DNA of 64,000 nucleotides from an uncultured Gammaproteobacteria bacterium (lineage in GTDB: Bacteria; Patescibacteriota; Patescibacteriia; Veblenbacterales; UBA10138), in NCBI GenBank assembly GCA_964453605.1, contig CAYVOI010000001.1:420095-484094 (forward strand). The letters are read 5' to 3'. A program made the translations under genes and the position numbers. The notes below the pieces were generated by a model. It did no database searches, had not been told where the DNA came from, and worked only from the letters and a program-made list of their open reading frames with translations. Below, piece after piece: positions 17,655 through 26,472 of the stretch (positions within the stretch are counted from its first letter, which is position 1; every line of letters begins with the position of its first letter).

Positions 17655-19232
17655 ATGAACTTCCGTCAACTGTTCACCCGCAAGCGAATTATCTGGACCG
17701 CTATCATTATTGTGGTGGTAGGCTACATTGCCTACCGTGCCTCAGCTGGTAAGGGGGGCCCGAGCCAGTTTCAAACTGATACCGTAAAGCGTCAGACGTT
17801 AGAGCAAACGGTGCTGACCACGGGTCAGGTGGTTTCGAGTGTAGACTTGGAATTGAGTTTTAAGTCCGGCGGTATTGTAAGTCGTGTAAGTGTGAAAGAG
17901 GGCGACAAAGTCCGTGCCGGTACGGTGCTGGCTTCCCTAGACCAGCGTGACCAGTTAGCTACTTTGACTCAGGCCCAGGGCGCGTTGGCCTCTGCCCAAG
18001 CTAACTACAGCAAGGTCTTAGCGGGTGCGACCAGCCAAGATGTTGAGGTAAGCAAGGCGGCTGTGGTGTCAGCTCAAGCTACGCTCGACAACGCTCACAC
18101 CAGCTATACCAACACCGTAGCACTCCAGCAGACTACGGTGGCCAATGCCTACAGTGCGCTGCTGAATTCTGCTCCGGAAGCGGTGCCAGATAAAGACAAC
18201 CATTCCACGGTTACGCTAACTATTAGTGGTGCTTATGCGGCCACTGAGAGCGGTAGGTACACCATAAGCATTGCTAACCCTAACACCTTAAACTACAATG
18301 TGTCGGGGTTGGAGGTAGTGGCTGGTCAAGAGGGCAGTCGGACTACGCCGTCACCCTTAGGTACACGCGGTCTCAAGCTCCAGTTTAGCGCTACGGGAAC
18401 AGTTGCCGATCGCGACTCTTGGACTGTAGACCTGCCGAACACCCAGGCTTCCACCTACCTCGCCAACTATAATGCTTACCAAGCGGCGTTGCAGACCCAA
18501 ACTCAGTCCGTGGCCAGTGCACAGGGCGCTGTAGCCTCGGCCCAAGCCGCCCTGGCCCAAGCCCAAGCCGCCCTGGCCCTGAAGCAAGCCGAAGCCCGGC
18601 CAGCCGATGTGGATGCAGCTCGTGCCCAAGTGCTGACTGGCCAGGGCCAGGTACAAGCGGCCGAAGCCGCTCTTGAGCACACGCTTGTTCGTGCTCCAGC
18701 TGATGGCACGGTTACCCAAGTTAATATCAAAGTTGGGGAGCAGGCGACCGCGGGAACACCAGTGGTAGTGTTGCAAGACGTGGCTAATTTGCACCTCGAG
18801 GCGAACGTGAGCGAAGCAGACATTGCTTCAGTCAGCCCCAACCAGAGTGTAGACGTAACCTTTGACGCGCTCGGCGTAGCCCGGCACTTTACCGCTCAGG
18901 TTGAGACGGTGAACCCAGCCTCAACTGTTATTTCGGGTGTGGTGAACTATAAGGTTAAGGCACTCCTCACCAACGTTAGTAGCGAGATTAAACCTGGCAT
19001 GACTGCCAACATGACTATTCAGGTTGCCCATAAAGATAACGTGCTAGCAGTACCTCAGCAAGCCGTGGTCACGGAGGACCATAGCCAGTACGTTAGGGTA
19101 GTGGACGATTTGAAAAAGAAAACCTACCACCAGGTTAAGGTTGAAACTGGCATAACCGCTGATGGCGGGTTAGTGGAAATTACGGGGGGTTTAAGCGAAG
19201 GCCAAACCGTGGTTACCTACCTTAAGCCGTAG
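17655..19232 (+). CDS. Efflux periplasmic adaptor (HlyD/MacA-family membrane fusion protein) with an extended Ala/Gln-rich coiled coil
   Basis: N-terminal TM; lipoyl-like GQVVSSVDLELSFKSGGIVSRVSVKEGDKVRAGTVLASLD; precedes the MacB-like ATPase and permeases. Confidence 0.75.
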   Translation: MNFRQLFTRKRIIWTAIIIVVVGYIAYRASAGKGGPSQFQTDTVKRQTLEQTVLTTGQVVSSVDLELSFKSGGIVSRVSVKEGDKVRAGTVLASLDQRDQLATLTQAQGALASAQANYSKVLAGATSQDVEVSKAAVVSAQATLDNAHTSYTNTVALQQTTVANAYSALLNSAPEAVPDKDNHSTVTLTISGAYAATESGRYTISIANPNTLNYNVSGLEVVAGQEGSRTTPSPLGTRGLKLQFSATGTVADRDSWTVDLPNTQASTYLANYNAYQAALQTQTQSVASAQGAVASAQAALAQAQAALALKQAEARPADVDAARAQVLTGQGQVQAAEAALEHTLVRAPADGTVTQVNIKVGEQATAGTPVVVLQDVANLHLEANVSEADIASVSPNQSVDVTFDALGVARHFTAQVETVNPASTVISGVVNYKVKALLTNVSSEIKPGMTANMTIQVAHKDNVLAVPQQAVVTEDHSQYVRVVDDLKKKTYHQVKVETGITADGGLVEITGGLSEGQTVVTYLKP

Positions 19233-19254
19233 GGTACGCTCTGGCTCTTTCGCT

Positions 19255-19971
19255 ATGGACCTGATCCGCGTATACAACCTGACCAAAGACTACGTCAACG
19301 ACGACGTGGTGACCTCGGTGCTCCACGGGCTAAGCTTTACTATTGCACCAGGTGAGTTTGTGGCTATCATGGGCCCGTCGGGTAGTGGCAAGAGCACGCT
19401 CATGCACATTTTAAGTTTCCTGGACCGGCCCACGGGGGGTACCTACGAGTTTGAAGGTAAGGACACTAGTGGATTTTCTGATAACTATTTAGCCCAGCTC
19501 AGGAATGAACGGGTGGGGTTTGTGTTCCAGTCGTTTAACCTGTTGGCCAGAACCTCCGTGCTCGATAACGTTAAGCTGCCCCTGCTCTACAGTACTAAGC
19601 GCGACCACGACGCCTTGGCTAAGCAGGCCTTGGCGGCGGTTGACCTGTCCCACCGCCTAGACTACTTCACCAACCAAATTTCTGGTGGTGAAAAACAGCG
19701 CGTAGCCATAGCCCGTGCTTTGGTCTGCAACCCAGCGGTTATTTTTGCGGACGAACCCACCGGGAACCTCGACTCCAAGTCCGGCAACAGCGTGATGCAA
19801 ATTCTGCAGCGCCTGAACGACGACGGCCACACCATTATTTTGGTAACACACGAAACCGACACCGCCAACCACGCTAAGCGCATCATCCGCCTGAAGGACG
19901 GTAACATTATGGCTGACGACGTCGTGCGCCAGCGCACCGTAGCGAGCACAGATAAAGAGCTGGTGAAGTAA
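19255..19971 (+). CDS. ABC transporter ATP-binding protein (MacB/LolD-like)
   Basis: Walker [10 protein letters not shown]; ABC signature [15 protein letters not shown]. Confidence 0.9.
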   Translation: MDLIRVYNLTKDYVNDDVVTSVLHGLSFTIAPGEFVAIMGPSGSGKSTLMHILSFLDRPTGGTYEFEGKDTSGFSDNYLAQLRNERVGFVFQSFNLLARTSVLDNVKLPLLYSTKRDHDALAKQALAAVDLSHRLDYFTNQISGGEKQRVAIARALVCNPAVIFADEPTGNLDSKSGNSVMQILQRLNDDGHTIILVTHETDTANHAKRIIRLKDGNIMADDVVRQRTVASTDKELVK

Positions 19972-19983
19972 ACTCAAGGCGCC

Positions 19984-21255
19984 ATGAACTACTTTGCTAC
20001 CATTCGACTGGTACTTCGGACCTTGGTGGCGCGAAAAGGTAGGTCGGCGCTGACCATTTTAGGCATAGTGATTGGTGTAGCTGGAGTTATCATCATCATT
20101 GCGCTCGGCGCTGGGGCGCAGGCCTTGGTCTTGGGGCAGATAACCAAACTTGGGTCTAATTTGCTTTCCGTACAGGCCGGCAAGAGCAACGAGAAGGGCC
20201 CGCCGGTGCAACTCTTTGGTATTGTGGTAACGAGTTTAGTGAACCAAGACGCCGAGGCTCTCAGGAGCCCCACGGCTGTACCCCACGCCGTAGCGGTGAA
20301 CGCCAACGTCCGCGGTACGGCGAGCGTAACCTGGGGCAATAAAACCATTGATACCAATTTCCTAGCCACTGACGCTAGCTACCCGCACGTCGTTTCTTTT
20401 AATATGCATGAGGGGCAGTTCTATGACGAGCAACAAGGCAGCGGGGGCGCGAATGTGGTTGTACTTGGTTCGACGGTGGCTGACGAACTCTTTGGCGGCA
20501 CAGGGGTGAGCCCGTTGGGGCAAATTATAAAAGTAAAAAGTTCCACGCAAACTGCCGTGGGCGGTGTACCCTTACGGGTTGTTGGTGTGGTGGAGCCGCG
20601 GGGCACTGCTTTTTTCCAAGACCTAGATGATTTACTGTTCCTGCCCCTGCCCATTGGCCAGACTGAGCTCCTCGGGGTGCACTACCTACAAGCTATTAAC
20701 ATCAAAGTCGATGCCGGTGACAACGTGGCGCAGACTATTCAAGACGTTACCACCGTGTTGCGTACCCGGCACCACCTGGAGCAGGGCAGTGAGGACGACT
20801 TTACGGTTCGTAACATTGCCGACGCCGTTAGCGTGCTCACTACCATTACCGACGCGCTCTCGCTCTTCCTCACCGCCATGGCCGCCATCGCTTTAGTGGT
20901 AGGGGGTATTGGCATTCTCAACATTATGCTAGCGACGGTGGCGGAGCGGACGCGTGAGGTGGGCCTGCGGAAAGCGGTGGGTGCCACCAACCGTGCTATC
21001 CGTAACCAGTTTTTATTTGAGGCTGGCACCTTAACCCTCATCGGCGGGCTGGCTGGCATTGTGAGCGGCGTGGTGGTGGCGTACCTTGTCTCGCTGCTCA
21101 TGCGGTTTTTGGGTTACGACTGGGCGTTTGTTATTTCACTGCAATCAGTTGTCCTTGCCGTAGGCGTATCAATCTTAACTGGTGTGGTGTTTGGGCTGTA
21201 CCCGGCGTTTAAGGCAGCCAAGCTCAACCCCATCGACGCCCTACGCTATGAGTAA
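19984..21255 (+). CDS. ABC transporter permease (FtsX/MacB-type)
   Basis: N-terminal TM, large periplasmic loop and a C-terminal 3-TM FtsX-like region. Confidence 0.8.
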   Translation: MNYFATIRLVLRTLVARKGRSALTILGIVIGVAGVIIIIALGAGAQALVLGQITKLGSNLLSVQAGKSNEKGPPVQLFGIVVTSLVNQDAEALRSPTAVPHAVAVNANVRGTASVTWGNKTIDTNFLATDASYPHVVSFNMHEGQFYDEQQGSGGANVVVLGSTVADELFGGTGVSPLGQIIKVKSSTQTAVGGVPLRVVGVVEPRGTAFFQDLDDLLFLPLPIGQTELLGVHYLQAINIKVDAGDNVAQTIQDVTTVLRTRHHLEQGSEDDFTVRNIADAVSVLTTITDALSLFLTAMAAIALVVGGIGILNIMLATVAERTREVGLRKAVGATNRAIRNQFLFEAGTLTLIGGLAGIVSGVVVAYLVSLLMRFLGYDWAFVISLQSVVLAVGVSILTGVVFGLYPAFKAAKLNPIDALRYE

Positions 21256-21258
21256 CCT

Positions 21259-22515
21259 ATGGTAGCCGCCCTGAAACAAGCTACTCAGGTGCTCCGCGCT
21301 AACCTAGCGCGTACGGTGCTCACGACCTTAGGGATTGTTATTGGCATTTCTACGGTTATCTTGGTGCTCTCAGCTGGGGAGGGGTTCCGGAGCCTTATTA
21401 ATGCCCAGCTCGCGGCCTGGGGTACGGACACATTGTTCTTAGAAACCCGCGTACCGCCTACCACCAAGAACCGTGCCAACAACAACCAGGCTGGTGCAGA
21501 TTTCAGCCGCATAACGTCGGCAGTTCCTATCACTACGCTGAAACAGCGGGATTTAGATGAAATTGGCAAGCTCCCGAACGTGGTGCAAGACTACGGCATG
21601 GTTACGGGCTCGGCGGTCGCGAGCTACCGCAACGTCGAAAAGTACGTGCTCTACTACGGCGCCTCGGCTGTCAGGTTTCAGGTTGATAAGCACACGCTTA
21701 AGGCCGGCCGCTTCTACACCGAGGCCGAGGACACCGGCGGCGCACAGGTAGCTATTTTAGGCTCTAATCTGGCACACGACCTCTATGGTGATGAAGACCC
21801 GGTGGGTAAGCTCTTGCGCCTGGGCACGTTGAATTTCCAAATCATCGGGGTGTACAACACCCAAGGTTCTCTGGGCGGGCCAGCTGACGATATGCTCTAC
21901 ATGCCCCTCACTACGGCGCAGAAGAAAATGCTCGGCATAGACTACCTACTCGTAGCAGTGGTTGAAGTTAAGGACACCTCACTTAGCGAGGCAACAGCTG
22001 ACGCTATCCGCGTGCTCCTTAGACACAACCACGACATCACGGACCCCGCGCGGGACGACTTCACCGTCACCACGCAAGCCCAAGCGCTCGATACCTTTAA
22101 CACCATTTTCAACGGTGTCACCATTCTGCTCATGGCCATAGCCGCCATCTCGTTAATCGTCGGGGGAGTGGGAATCATGAACATTATGTACGTGGTGGTC
22201 ACCGAGCGCACGGCCGAAATTGGTTTAAAGAAAGCGCTCGGCGCCACTAACCGCGACATCCTGCAGGAGTTTCTCCTGGAGTCGGTCCTGGTAACTCTGA
22301 TAGGTGGCGTAATTGGTATTTCGTTTGGGGCGGCCTTAGGCTGGGTGGTGGCTAAGGTGGCCCAAGCAGCTAGTTTGCCCTGGGTGTTCTCAGTGCCAGC
22401 CTATGCCATTCTGCTAGGGTTTGGCGTGTCGGCCGCCATTGGCCTAAGCTTTGGTGTGTTGCCAGCCCGGAGCGCTGCCCGGCTGGACCCGGTAGAGGCG
22501 ATGCGGTACGAGTAG
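21259..22515 (+). CDS. ABC transporter permease (FtsX/MacB-type), second copy
   Basis: Paralogous architecture to the previous gene. Confidence 0.8.
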   Translation: MVAALKQATQVLRANLARTVLTTLGIVIGISTVILVLSAGEGFRSLINAQLAAWGTDTLFLETRVPPTTKNRANNNQAGADFSRITSAVPITTLKQRDLDEIGKLPNVVQDYGMVTGSAVASYRNVEKYVLYYGASAVRFQVDKHTLKAGRFYTEAEDTGGAQVAILGSNLAHDLYGDEDPVGKLLRLGTLNFQIIGVYNTQGSLGGPADDMLYMPLTTAQKKMLGIDYLLVAVVEVKDTSLSEATADAIRVLLRHNHDITDPARDDFTVTTQAQALDTFNTIFNGVTILLMAIAAISLIVGGVGIMNIMYVVVTERTAEIGLKKALGATNRDILQEFLLESVLVTLIGGVIGISFGAALGWVVAKVAQAASLPWVFSVPAYAILLGFGVSAAIGLSFGVLPARSAARLDPVEAMRYE

Positions 22516-22683
22516 GGACTAAGTTAAAGTTGAGAAAATAAAAAAGAGCCGCAGCATGTGCCTTGGCTCTCTACTTTTCTTGAATGGTTTTGGCTGTCTC
22601 ACGACAGGTTTGTACATAGGTGGGTAACCTGCCCACCTAACCAGGGCCCTGACGTTATGTCGGGATTCGTTTTGATTTTTCCC

Positions 22684-23124
22684 CTACTTGCCAGGTGTCC
22701 GAGACTTGCGGACGCCGCCGAACCACCAGTAGCCATCCCAGTCGTCGTCGGTGCTGCCCACGTCCACGAAACGCCCGCCAGCGTTCCGGGCGAAGGTGAT
22801 GTAGCAAAAGTTACCATCATCATCCTTCCATTGAGTACCGTTGGGGTACTCGTCAGCGAACGCTGGGTCGGCTTCGTTTACTGCCGCTTGAGCGTAGGGG
22901 TCGGGAGCCAGTCCCCGTGCTTCGAACACAAGCACCAAGTCGCTGACACTTACCCACGTATCGAGCGTGAAGAACTCGACTGTCGCCTCCTCGCCTTCAC
23001 CCCGGGGGATAATTTTGACCACGGAACTGTGCCTGTGCTCGCCGCGGTTCAGGGCCGTGATCATTTCCTGGGGAGGGCGATTGCGGTTGACCTTCGCTGT
23101 ACGGTGGATGGTTGCCGTTTCCAT
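22684..23124 (-). CDS. Hypothetical protein (acidic, Trp-rich C-terminus)
   Basis: GGAG RBS before the ATG on the minus strand; the overlapping + ORF 22558..23172 looks like an artefact. Confidence 0.45.
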   Translation of the reverse strand: METATIHRTAKVNRNRPPQEMITALNRGEHRHSSVVKIIPRGEGEEATVEFFTLDTWVSVSDLVLVFEARGLAPDPYAQAAVNEADPAFADEYPNGTQWKDDDGNFCYITFARNAGGRFVDVGSTDDDWDGYWWFGGVRKSRTPGK

Positions 23125-23344
23125 TTTGGCATCTCCTTATTTACTTCACCTCAACTGGTACGGTTGAGGTAGTGACTATATTGCCCTAGTGTGTACCACG
23201 CATGATTCATTCAACCATTATCGCTATAAGGGCTGAAAACATGCGCCACTAGGGCTTATTTGTTAAAAATCAGTCAAAACAACAATAACAAACTATACTA
23301 TCACCGCCTGACGTTTTTGTCAAGCCCTGGGGTACGATATAATA

Positions 23345-23373
23345 AAGAGAGCGTCCAGTTGCGGAACGCTCTC
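23345..23373 (-). terminator. Hairpin terminator downstream of the 23404..24270 gene
   Basis: agagagcgt-ccagttgcgga-acgctctct followed by a T-run on the minus strand. Confidence 0.5.
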
Positions 23374-23403
23374 TAAGGTTCGGTGGTGTTGGGTTGCGCG
23401 GTT

Positions 23404-24270
23404 TTAGAAGTAGAAACTGGCACCTAAGGTCAGGCCCTCACGGCTGATGCCGCTCTGCGGCACCACCACGATGTGGTTTGGTTCAATACCACCCTGGTAG
23501 GCTAGGCTTAGCTGAATGCGGTCGTGGTGGGGCGTGTCGCCAAGGTTGGTGGAGCCAGTGATCCGTACCAGGTAGCGGGCACGTTGCTCAAGTTCAGTGT
23601 CGAGCTGGAGTGCCAGGCGGTAGTTCTCACTGCGCCAGACCGTGGCCAGTGCGTTAGCGTAGAACCGACGCTCGTACGGCGTAAAGGCATCGCTGGCAAA
23701 CATTTCTTTAGGTTCGGCCAACAGAAAGAAGTTCATGCGGATTGGCTGCGTGCCCACGGTCCAGGCGTAGTCAGCTTCCTCTTGCCCAATGTCGACCCTG
23801 ATCAGGTTTACGTCCTCTACTTCGATATAGATTTGCTGCAGGTCGCGCGCCTCGTCAATACTGGCCGCATCAATAGGGTCGATATAGTGCGTCGAGACGT
23901 GGAAGACAGCTGTCTGCGCGTATAAGTGGTAGAAGGGTAAACGGTGCCGGAAGGCGAGGCTGATGTCGAAGCTGCCGGCGTAGAGCTTGGCCCGGCGCTG
24001 CTTCAGGCCGCCCCACAGGAACTGGATGTAGGACTGAAGCGTTACCGACCAGTCGTCGTAGTTCGCTAGGTAGTACTTGTTCTGCAGGTCGAACCTGCCG
24101 ATGAAGCTGTTCCTGACGAAGTCGGTGGTATTGGCTGAGGCACCCAGGCTCTTGTCAAAATCAGCGGCGGCGTAACCACCAGCAAATAAACCGGTGCGGG
24201 GCTGGGCGAAGGCGCGCGGGTGCAGGCCCGCGAGCACCGCCGCGACGAGAAGTACAGCAGTGTGTTTCAT
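23404..24270 (-). CDS. Hypothetical secreted protein, beta-rich, ending in an aromatic residue (porin-like signature)
   Basis: Signal peptide MKHTAVLLVAAVLAGLHPRAFA; alternating hydrophobic pattern; C-terminal ...GASFYF. Confidence 0.5.
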   Translation of the reverse strand: MKHTAVLLVAAVLAGLHPRAFAQPRTGLFAGGYAAADFDKSLGASANTTDFVRNSFIGRFDLQNKYYLANYDDWSVTLQSYIQFLWGGLKQRRAKLYAGSFDISLAFRHRLPFYHLYAQTAVFHVSTHYIDPIDAASIDEARDLQQIYIEVEDVNLIRVDIGQEEADYAWTVGTQPIRMNFFLLAEPKEMFASDAFTPYERRFYANALATVWRSENYRLALQLDTELEQRARYLVRITGSTNLGDTPHHDRIQLSLAYQGGIEPNHIVVVPQSGISREGLTLGASFYF

Positions 24271-24404
24271 GGTTACCTCACAGCATGTGTTGGGGTTGTT
24301 GGTTTAGTGAATTGCCTTAGTGTTTGCGTATTTTCAAGGTGCGGGTAATTATGACCATCTTAGTACAGCCCTATCGGCCGTCAAGGCGGTGTGCCTTAAT
24401 GGTC

Positions 24405-24432
24405 TTGACAAGCCTGTTTTAGGGGGTATACT
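24405..24432 (+). promoter_or_regulatory. Sigma70-type promoter of the heat-shock operon
   Basis: TTGACA, 16-bp spacer, TATACT, immediately upstream of CIRCE. Confidence 0.55.
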
Positions 24433-24437
24433 GGGTG

Positions 24438-24464
24438 TTAGCACTCGGAGCTCGAGAGTGCTAA
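24438..24464 (+). promoter_or_regulatory. CIRCE operator (HrcA binding site)
   Basis: TTAGCACTC-ggagctcga-GAGTGCTAA, an exact match to the CIRCE consensus with a 9-nt spacer. Confidence 0.9.
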
Positions 24465-24477
24465 TTCAAAAACTTTC

Positions 24478-25170
24478 ATGCAGGAACGCCAGCACAACTT
24501 ACTTGCCCACGTAGTTCGAAGCTACATTCGAGAGGCTGAACCGGTAGGTTCCAAGGCCCTGGAGGGCACTTTAGGCTTAAGCTCGGCCACTATCCGGAAC
24601 GAAATGGCGGAGCTTGAGGCCGAGGGCTACCTGAGCCAGCCTCACACTTCGGCTGGCCGGGTGCCGACGCTTAAGGGGTACCAGTTTTTCCTGGACCACC
24701 TGGTAGAGCGGCAAGAGCCCAAAGCCGCTGAACAGCGGACCCTCAGGGAGCTGATGGGTGAGCCCCAGGTAACCCACGAGCAGTTTTCCAAAAAATTGGC
24801 TCGTACCTTGGCCGAGTGTGCGGGTGAGGCCGCGGTAGTTGGTTTGAGCCGCCATGATTCGTACTACACTGGCCTGTCGAACTTGTTTGAGCAGCCAGAG
24901 TTTCGTGCGCTCGACATGGTGCGCGCCTTAGGCCAGGTGGTGGATCACCTGGACGAGGCTATGCTCAAGCTGTACCGCACCCTGACGACTATGGATGACG
25001 TAGCAGTAAAAATTGGTTCAGCCAACCCGTTTGGTGAAGACTGTGCGCTCGTTTTTACCACCTATGGCAAGGGGAACACCAGTGTTATTGGTATTTTGGG
25101 CCCCTTACGCATGGACTACGACGCCAACTTAGGACGTTTACACTATGTCAGACAACTCTTCCATTCCTAA
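24478..25170 (+). CDS. hrcA: Heat-inducible transcription repressor HrcA (short form)
   Basis: N-terminal wHTH LLAHVVRSYIREAEPVGSKAL; position directly after CIRCE and before grpE. Confidence 0.8.
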   Translation: MQERQHNLLAHVVRSYIREAEPVGSKALEGTLGLSSATIRNEMAELEAEGYLSQPHTSAGRVPTLKGYQFFLDHLVERQEPKAAEQRTLRELMGEPQVTHEQFSKKLARTLAECAGEAAVVGLSRHDSYYTGLSNLFEQPEFRALDMVRALGQVVDHLDEAMLKLYRTLTTMDDVAVKIGSANPFGEDCALVFTTYGKGNTSVIGILGPLRMDYDANLGRLHYVRQLFHS

Positions 25171-25627
25171 TCCAGAACCCGGCGCCGAGCTCGAACAGCT
25201 GAAGGCCCAGGCCGCCGAGTACCTGCAGGGTTGGCAGCGCGCTAAGGCTGACTACGCCAACCTGAAGCGCGAGAGCGAGGCCAAATTCAGCGAGCTCACC
25301 CAGTATGCCACCAGCGAGCTCCTCACCGAACTTTTGCCACTGGTAGACTACTTCAAACATGCGCTCCGCGCTGTGCCGCCAGAGCAAAAAGGCCTGCCTT
25401 GGGTAGAGGGGATACAGCATATTCAATCAAAGCTTGAGCAGGTGCTTGCTTACCACGGGGTTAAGGAGCTGGAAGTAGTAGGTGAGAAGTTTGACCCCGG
25501 CGTACATGAGGCAGTAGGGGAAGTTCAAAGCACCGAACCCTCGGGCACGGTCGTAGAAGAAGTAAGAACCGGTTTTATGCTCCATGACAAGCTTCTACAG
25601 CCAGCCCGCGTTAAAATTGCTAAATAA
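25145..25627 (+). CDS. grpE: Nucleotide exchange factor GrpE
   Basis: Coiled-coil N-terminus (YLQGWQRAKADYANLKRE) and the C-terminal beta domain. Confidence 0.85.
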   Translation: MSDNSSIPNPEPGAELEQLKAQAAEYLQGWQRAKADYANLKRESEAKFSELTQYATSELLTELLPLVDYFKHALRAVPPEQKGLPWVEGIQHIQSKLEQVLAYHGVKELEVVGEKFDPGVHEAVGEVQSTEPSGTVVEEVRTGFMLHDKLLQPARVKIAK

Positions 25628-25649
25628 ATACTCACTATTAACGCATACT

Positions 25650-25814
25650 ATGGACTACATTTGCCCCGAGTGCGGCTACACTGACGAGGCTAAAGGCCGC
25701 TGCCCCTCTTGCGACGTGCCCCTTATCCATATAGACAAAGTGGGTGAAGGTGCCGAAGGTGATGAGGGTGAGGCGGAGGACACCATGTCACCGCACGATG
25801 AGGACGAGGAGTAA
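25650..25814 (+). CDS. Small zinc-ribbon protein with an acidic tail (start moved to the internal ATG)
   Basis: CPECGYT...CPSCD forms a CxxC...CxxC ribbon. Confidence 0.5.
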   Translation: MDYICPECGYTDEAKGRCPSCDVPLIHIDKVGEGAEGDEGEAEDTMSPHDEDEE

Positions 25815-25859
25815 GTTGTACTAACTATTAACCTACAACCTAGGGAAGGAGAACACACT

Positions 25860-26258
25860 ATGCCTATTGTACGCTGGGCACCAATGCTACCTTCGTTTGA
25901 TGACATGTTTGACGGTTCGGGTTTCCCGAGTTTCGCCCCCGCGCTCGACGTGTACCAAACCAAGGACGACGTGGTGGTAGAAGCACCACTGCCAGGGTTA
26001 GACCCTGATAAGGTCACTGTCTCTATTGAGAACGACGTTTTGACGCTCGAAGGTAACTTCGAGCACAAGACCGAGGTGGATGACAAGAACTACTACCGTA
26101 GGGAAGTGCGCGCTGGTGCGTTTCACCGCCAAGTGGCGCTCCCCACTGCAGTTTCTGGTGAGCAGGCCAAGGCGACGTATGAAAAAGGTGTTTTGAAGAT
26201 TGTTATCCCTAAAGAGGAACGAGCAAAACCAAAAACAGTTAAAGTGGAAATTAAGTAG
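25860..26258 (+). CDS. Hsp20/alpha-crystallin family small heat-shock protein
   Basis: Alpha-crystallin domain (VDVYQTKDDVVVEAPLPG...FHRQVALP). Confidence 0.85.
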   Translation: MPIVRWAPMLPSFDDMFDGSGFPSFAPALDVYQTKDDVVVEAPLPGLDPDKVTVSIENDVLTLEGNFEHKTEVDDKNYYRREVRAGAFHRQVALPTAVSGEQAKATYEKGVLKIVIPKEERAKPKTVKVEIK

Positions 26259-26330
26259 TTGCTGGGAAAGCGAGGAACCGCCGCTAGGCGGGGCCGAAGC
26301 CCCGTACCGTGCCGTAGGCTCTGGTGCGGG

Positions 26331-26375
26331 GAGGAGCGCGCTAAACCCAAGACGGTTAAGGTAGAGGTAAAGTAA
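26331..26375 (+). repeat. Orphan, synonymously recoded copy of the last 14 codons plus stop of hsp20, in frame and 117 nt downstream of the real copy (26214..26258)
   Basis: gaggagcgcgctaaacccaagacggttaaggtagaggtaaagtaa encodes EERAKPKTVKVEVK*; the real end gaggaacgagcaaaaccaaaaacagttaaagtggaaattaagtag encodes EERAKPKTVKVEIK*. Confidence 0.85.
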
Positions 26376-26472
26376 CCCCTCAGGTCCGATGTTTCTCGGA
26401 CGCTCGGGTGAGGCCGCAAGACTTTACGACCTCACGCGAGACAATTAATTCGACTAACATTTACTAGATACT

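Noticed and set aside
22558-23172. 204-aa plus-strand ORF
   Set aside because: It overlaps a better-supported minus-strand ORF (22684..23124, with a GGAG RBS), and its composition looks non-coding.
26214-26375. Diversity-generating retroelement TR/VR pair explaining the duplicated segments
   Set aside because: There is no reverse transcriptase nearby, and the mismatches are not adenine-specific. They are all synonymous wobble changes in both directions.
26256-26375. Stop-codon read-through or TAG recoding producing a C-terminally extended Hsp20
   Set aside because: The in-frame arrangement is a 1-in-3 coincidence, and the intervening translation (LLGKRGTAARRGRSPVPCRRLWCG) is not protein-like. 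There is no other evidence for TAG reassignment in the window.
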